DNA of 64,000 nucleotides from the human T2T-CHM13v2.0 reference genome, Homo sapiens. This document shows positions 57,477 through 64,000 of this stretch, one piece after another. The position numbers and the translations under genes were made by a program. The stretch lies in assembly GCF_009914755.1 (NCBI RefSeq), contig NC_060936.1. The stretch is one strand, 5' to 3'. Numbering within the stretch: position 1 is the first letter of the stretch; every line of letters starts with the position of its first letter. Below the pieces are notes generated by a model. It made no database searches. It had not been told where the DNA came from and saw only the letters and a program-made list of their open reading frames with translations.

Positions 57477-57889
57477 ATAATGTTATACAGGAATGTTTCT
57501 GTATCTCACTGGAATTAGTATAAATCTGGAGCTGTTTCTAATAAGGTATATATGCTAAGCCCTAGAATAATGACTAAGGACATAACTCATACTTACACTT
57601 TGAAAACTGTAAAACATTGTTAAAGGAAATTAGAGAAGCTTAAAATAAATGAAAAAACATCCCATGGTCATGGATTAGAAGACTTACTATTGCTAAAATG
57701 TCAGTACTCCTCATATTGATCTACAGATTCAACGCAATACCTTTTAGAAACCCAGGTGGCTTCCTTGTAGAAATTGACAAGCTAGTTCTAAAATTCATAT
57801 GAATTTTTGACACAGAGTAGTCAAAACAACCTTGAAAGGAAGAACAAACTCAGAGGATTCACAATTCCTTATTTTAAAATTTACTACAG

Positions 57890-58030
57890 GGCCAAGAGCG
57901 GTGGCTCACACCTATAATCCCAGCACGTTAGGAGGCCGAGGTGGGAGGGTCTGTTGAGCTCAGGAGTTCGAGACCAGCCTGGGCAATATAGTGAGACCCC
58001 CACCCCCCTCCATCTCTAAAAAGAAAAAAG
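57890..58030 (+). mobile_element. Alu left monomer (FLAM-like) inside L1M ORF2
   Basis: ggccaagagcggtggctc...gtgagaccccc; TSD-like aaatttactaca / aaattgctaca. Confidence 0.82.
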
Positions 58031-61000
58031 AAATTGCTACAAAGCAGTAATAACCAAGGCAGCTGGTATTGGTGTGAGGATAAATGTAGATATTAACAAA
58101 TGGTGCTGTGACACTTAGGTAGCCACATGTAAAAGAATGCAGCTGGATTCTTACCTCTTGCTGTATACAAAAATTCAACTGAATCAAAGACCCAAATGTA
58201 AGCATTAAAGTCATAAAATTCTTAGGAGAAAACATAAAGGTAAATCTTCATGTCCCTGGATTTGCCAGTGGATTCTTAGAGATAACACCAAAAGCACAAG
58301 TAATAAAAGAAAAAAATAACATGAATTGGATTTCATCAAAGTTAAAATACTTTTGTGCTTTGAAGGATACTATCATGAAAGTAAAAAGACAACCCACAGA
58401 ATGGGAGAAAATATTTGCAGATCCTATGTCTGATAAAAGACGTGTATCTAGACTATGTAACTCTTACAACTCAAAGGCAACTCAATCTTAAAATGGGCAA
58501 ATGATCTGACTAGACACTTTTCCAAAGAAGATATACAAATGGTCAGTAAAGATGCTTGATATCATTAGTCATCAGAGAAATGCAAATCAAAACCACCATA
58601 AAATATCAATTCATACCCACTAGGATGGCTAAAACAAAAAAGATAACAAGTGTTGACAAGAACTGGAAGAAATCAAAATCCCCATACACTGCTGGTGGGA
58701 ATGTAGTATGGTGCAGCACTTTGGAAAACAGTCTGGTGGATCCTCAAAAGGTTGAATAATTACCATATGACCCAGCAGTTGTACTCCTGGGTGTCTACCC
58801 AAGAGAAGTGGAAATACATATCCACATGAAAACTTGTACACAAATATTCATGGCATTATTCATAATTGCCAAAAGATGTAAACATGCCCATCACCTGGTG
58901 AGTGGATAAATAAAATGTGTTATATCTATACAATGAAATATTTGACCATACAAAGGAATAAACTAACTGATGCTGCTACAACATGGATGAACCTTGAAAA
59001 CATTATGTTACACGAAAGATACCAGACACTTAAAAGGCCACAGATTGTATGATTTTATTAACTTAAAATTTTAGAATAGGCAGATCTATGGTGACAAAGT
59101 AGATTCATAGTTGCCAGGGGCTGGAGGAAGAGGGGAATCAGGAGTTACTACTAATAGATATCTTGAGCTTCTTCTGGGGATGATGAGAATGTTCTAAAAT
59201 TAGATAATAAGGGTGGTTGCACAAGTGTGAATATAGTAAAAACCAATGAATTGCATGCTTTAACAAGTTGAATCTTACAATATGTGAATTATATCTCAAG
59301 CTATTTTAAAATAAATACTAGTAGATAATGTATCCTCTACACCCATCATCGTTCCAAGTACTGTTGGGTATTAACATTTAATCCTCACAACAAAGCTATA
59401 AAGTAGGTAGAATTTTGCTTATTTTACAGATGAGGAAACAAAGGCACGCAGAGAAATTACTCGCTGAAAATAAAGAAGTTGGAGGCCATGATTCGAGCTT
59501 AGGCAGCCTGGCTCCAAGACCCGTGTGCTACACCGTACTGCCGCTCATTAATAATTGGATTGACCTGTTGTGTAGTTTATGAATCGATTCTATTTATTTC
59601 CTGATTTTAGGCACCCGAAATGTGAGATTTGATGGAGAACATAAAGCTTTGACATTAAACTAGTTATAGCGTTGACAGAAAACAGAAGATCATGCTTGCC
59701 AGTGTAAGTGACTGAATAAAATAACTAGTGAAGAAGATAGCTGTGTAGTACTGGCCTTATAACACTTAGGCATATCGTAGATCTTTTTGATGCCTCGGAT
59801 TCATTTTTTGTTGTCAAAAATGTAAGGTTTCCTTTTCTCGGTAGCTGGCTTTTTTCTTCCTTTCAAATTTTGATCAGATGCTGAGCAAAGTGCAGAAATT
59901 TGTACATCTTTGATGTATGGAAAACTCATAGGGACCTGAAAGTTCTTGGCTGACCAGATGTTTCCACGTTCTCAACTCCTCTATTTGTAGATAAAAAAAC
60001 TAGAGGTTGACTTACCCAAGATCAGAGTTAATGAGCAGAAAAGCTGGAACTCAAACCAATTCCTCTGTCTTCTTTTCTGACTTCAGTGATGATCTTTGCA
60101 GGGCCTATCCTCAGATAGCTCACAGTGAAATAAGGGACCCACAGTGTCTTCCAGTACAGTATGATTCCTTCTAAGGCATCCTACACTGAGGGTCATCACC
60201 CTGACTGAATACTTTCGGTAATGGAAAGCTTACAGCAGCCACTGTACTTTTTTTTTTTTAGATAGCTGTAATTGTTAGAAGGCTGTTACTTATATGAACT
60301 CTAAATCTGCTTTGCTTGTCCTAGTTTACCCATATTTCTCTCTGCTGCTGTTGTCCGTCATTTGACTTAGCTTTCCACCTCTTTTTTGCCACTTAGTCTT
60401 TATCATTTTTTTCCCCCACTTACTGCCCAACACATTTATCAAAAAGCTTTCTCTGGCAAAATTTCTTATAGTTCATTCCTTCAGTCTTTTAGCACATAGC
60501 TTAAATTGCTGTCTATTGAAATTTAGCATTTCTTATTCATTTTACATAGTTTCAACCTCCCTAATATTATAAACTACTTGAGTCATGTTCTTTTATATCT
60601 CACTAACTCAAAATAGACATCTTGTCACTAAGTTAGAATATATTTCTCTTGAATAATTTGCATGCACTTAAATTTTAAATTGGGAACATTTTCAGATACG
60701 TTCCTGTATCAGGGTGGTGTACATAGGTGCTCAGTAATGGACACTGTAGAATCTATAGAATTAATAGAAAAACTGCAGTGTTATTTTTTATAACATCACT
60801 ACTTCCCTTTCTCAAGTGGCTTTGCCATTTCATTAAAATGCAAACCCTTGTAAACAAAACAAAAATATTTCTAGCAATATTTTTCTTGTATAGAATGTGC
60901 TTGTTAACGTTTCTTGATCTGTTTGTCCATCTGGCCATCTTTATGATGTAATGTGCATCAACCTCCTACTCTATGCCAAGCACTATGCTAGAGGTTTCTA

Positions 61001-61489
61001 ATATATCATCTCATTTCATATTTATAAGCCCTAGTTGTTATCCCTATCTATTTAGAGTTAAGGAAATGTAGCTCAAGTGATTTCAAGAAATTTGCCCAAG
61101 ATTACCTAGCCACAGGGGCAGAGCACAGCTAGTGGCTGAATCCAGGTGCTTTTTTTACTTCAACTATACTGTTTCAATTAAGTCACGTAAAAGATGCCTT
61201 ATACTTCATAATAGGGTCTTTCATATGCTGTCTATGTAAATAATTACCATAAGCATGTGAGATAGATACATTTCTATCTTACAAATAAGGAAATTTAGTT
61301 TCAGAAAGATCAATTTACTCCAGATCCAAGTTCAGAAAATAGAACTAGGGATTAGGAAGAACCCACATATTTTGTTTCCGTACTTTTTCTGCTATATTAT
61401 TAATGTGTTCTTATGCCTTTGAAGACCTCTAAAATCACACAGCTATCTCATTGAGACAACTTAACTTCCCTCTTTCCCCTGTTCTCGGC

Positions 61490-62277
61490 TATCTTAGTCT
61501 GCTTGAGCTGTCAAAATACCGTAGACTGTATGGCTTAAAGGACAGAAATTTATTTCTCCCAGTTCTGAAGGCTGGGAAGTCAAGATCAAGATGCTGTCAA
61601 GGTAGATTTCCTTTCGAAGCCTTTTCTCCTAGCTTGTGAGCAGCTGCCATGTCACTGTGTGCTCACATAACCACTTCTTTGTATGCATTTATACAGCAAG
61701 AACACAAGCTCTTGGTGTCTCTTATAAGGGAAGTAATCCCAAGAGACCGGGGCCTCACCCTCATGACTTCACCTAACCCCACTTACCTCTGTATTAGTTT
61801 GTTCTTACTCTGCTATAAAGAAATACCTGAGACTGGGTAATTTATAAAGAAAAGAGGTTTAATTGGCTCACAGTTCTACAGGCTGTACAGGAAGCAAGGC
61901 AGCATCTTTCCGGGGAAGCCTCAGGAAGCTTTTACTCATGGCAGAAGGCAAAGCTGGAGGGAGACACCTTATGTGGCTGAGCAGGAGGAAGAGAGAGAGA
62001 AGGGGGAGATGCTACACACTTTTAAACAGCCAGATCTCACGAGAACTCAGGACAGTACCAAGGGGAAAATCCACCCCCATGACCCAGTCACCTCCCACCA
62101 TGTAATTCTCACCTCCGGCACCAGGGATTGCATTTCAACATGAGATTGAGGGGGGACACAGATCCAAACCATATCACTGTTCGAAAGCCCCATCTCCATA
62201 TATTAATATTATCACATTGTGGGTTAGAGCTTTAACATATGAATCTGGGGGCATGGGACACAAACATACAGTCCATA
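61490..62277 (-). mobile_element. MLT1-family LTR interrupted by an MST-family solo LTR (61790-62176)
   Basis: MLT1 motifs cagaaatttatttctcccagttctgaaggctgggaagtc and aacatatgaatctggggg..acacaaacatacagtccata; MST tgtattagtttgttc...gatccaaaccatatca. Confidence 0.8.
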
Positions 62278-64000
62278 TGTTAGCTTACCATCAGAGTCCC
62301 TGACTATCTTTCATACGTGCTTGGGCTATTAGAGCTGAAAACCAGGGATTCAAAGATAGAGGAACTAGTTCAGAGTGGCTAATTGAGTGTTGTGGAGTAG
62401 ATGGCATTGGAGACAAAGTAAGGAAATTCCAAAGAGATTGTATATAGGAAAGAACTTGATTCACTAAAAAGGCAAAGAAGCAAAGGGGCTGCTATAGGAC
62501 CAGGATTTATATCAGCCACCAAGATATGAGGTATATGTTATTGTGACAGTGTTCATCTTGCAGCCTTGCCTAGTGTACTGTATAATCAAACTATAGCTTG
62601 TGCTAAGAACTCCCTAAAGATTAAATGAGTATTGTTCTCTCATTTGGTAAATTCTAATTTGAAACAAATGAAGATACCGCTGTATTTGCCAACATACTAA
62701 CTTTAAATACTAAAATACATTTCACATGGGCAGTGGAGAACAGGGCTTTCTGAAAAATAGGCTTAAGTAGTAAAAGAAGCAGAGTTGGCTGGTACTGTGT
62801 TTGAAGAGAAATAGAAAGTTTTGACATACCCATTTTTGCCCTCAAAATGGAGGCTTGTAAGTGGAAGCTTATAAAACTTTTCTTGTCAAGAAAGAAAGGG
62901 CAGCTGATTGGTTTTATAAGCTTCCATTTACACCTAAGCTCTTTCCTGTTAATGAACTCTTGATGATGTAATGTGTCTTTCTCAGGATTGCTAATTAGCA
63001 AAAAAGTTTGAGCCAAACTTGTTTAATAATTGTTTCTCAGAACTTTATTTTCAGTTTTTTTGACAGATCACCATGATATATAACATAACATTGATTGTGT
63101 TACTGAAACATGTACATGTGCAGGAAAGGAAGTTAGAGATGAAATTTAGGAAGTGAGATACAGCCTCGTTCATAGAGACAGTATCCATTAAATAAAAAGT
63201 GAGAATTGCCATTGCCTCCCATATTACAAGTAGGAAAAACCCTCAAGTGTATATAATATTAATCTTTTACATGAACTCAGCTGCATGAGTATTCATTTTA
63301 GAAGATCTCCATGTTAGCTTTTTATAAAGAATTCCAAATTTGACCTCTAGAATCCTCCCAGAACCTTTATTAAAAACATATTTTAAAATTCTGGCAATAA
63401 GTCATTAACTAGTATTTTTGTGAAATACAGTTTTTGAATAGGTCCGTCTTGTGGAACTGACAACATTGTCCCAACTACAGTTATAGTAAGCTTATTTTAG
63501 AATTTAATACAACCCTCATCTTCTGCATGTACACATGTACCTCTTGTTCCCCCCTACATACACGTGCTGTATACAGAGGGCAGAAATTAAGGACTATCAG
63601 ATTTAGGTGGCTGACCTTCAGCTCCAGTTAAGAACTAAAATTAGATCCTTGTGGAATATATATCCAGTGACGTTCATCACAGAAGAGTGTAGACATAACC
63701 TTGAGAGGCCAGGGAAACATCATCCATCCAAGGGAGCCTGCCTTAACTACAAAAATTCCTTTGACATCTCATTTTTTATCTTAACATTCATGTAAGTTAT
63801 GTATTGTGATTTGTAATGCATTCATTTATTTTCATGTAGAAATCGCCTACCCCAAATAAATCTTTTAGTAAAATAGTGGTTAAAGAATATGTACCAAAAT
63901 TACCCTATGACTTTAAGTATCCCTGGCACTGGGCCACATCTCCCAGATGAATGTGCATAACCTATTTTAAGATTAGGGTCTATCCCGTCACTATAGGAGT

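Larger units (their letters stand above)
54120..59310 (+). mobile_element. Old, decayed L1M-family LINE-1 (5' region, ORF1 remnants ~55600-56450, ORF2 3' part and L1MB-like 3'UTR ~57600-59310), sense to RIC8B
   Basis: ORF2-like peptide IREMQIKTT (58556..58759), A-rich strand bias, and the 3'UTR motif gttgccaggggctgg...gatgagaatgttctaaaattagat. Interrupted by younger elements; may be more than one L1. Confidence 0.8.

Overview
Human/primate genomic DNA. From the encoded peptides I recognise the RFX4-RIC8B junction (12q23.3 from memory, not verifiable here). The + strand carries the last three coding exons and 3'UTR of RFX4 (9079-9241, 12297-12435, 22839-~24450). An ~11-kb intergenic segment follows, then the CpG-island promoter and first two coding exons of RIC8B (36392-36475, 45643-45690). 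The rest is intron filled with interspersed repeats: about 25 Alu copies or fragments (several nested), a young 5'-truncated L1PA2-like copy with an open ORF2 C-terminus, a full-length THE1 MaLR provirus, an LTR9-like solo LTR inside an old L1M, MER1B/MER2/MER3/MER5 DNA-transposon fossils, and L2/MIR. Most ORF-track entries are spurious or repeat-derived. I found no new protein-coding system. The best leads are regulatory or structural: a triple ZNF143/THAP11 motif cluster and twin CRE-like sites in a probably bidirectional promoter with an antisense splice donor; three miR-124 seed sites bracketed by alternative poly(A) signals in the RFX4 3'UTR; an 86-bp diverged duplication straddling the RFX4 3' end; a 94-nt hairpin; X-box motifs inside RFX4 itself; and a +4 tandem donor that creates an immediate stop. 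Repeat subfamily names are by-eye matches to remembered consensus sequences, and boundaries of old repeats are approximate.
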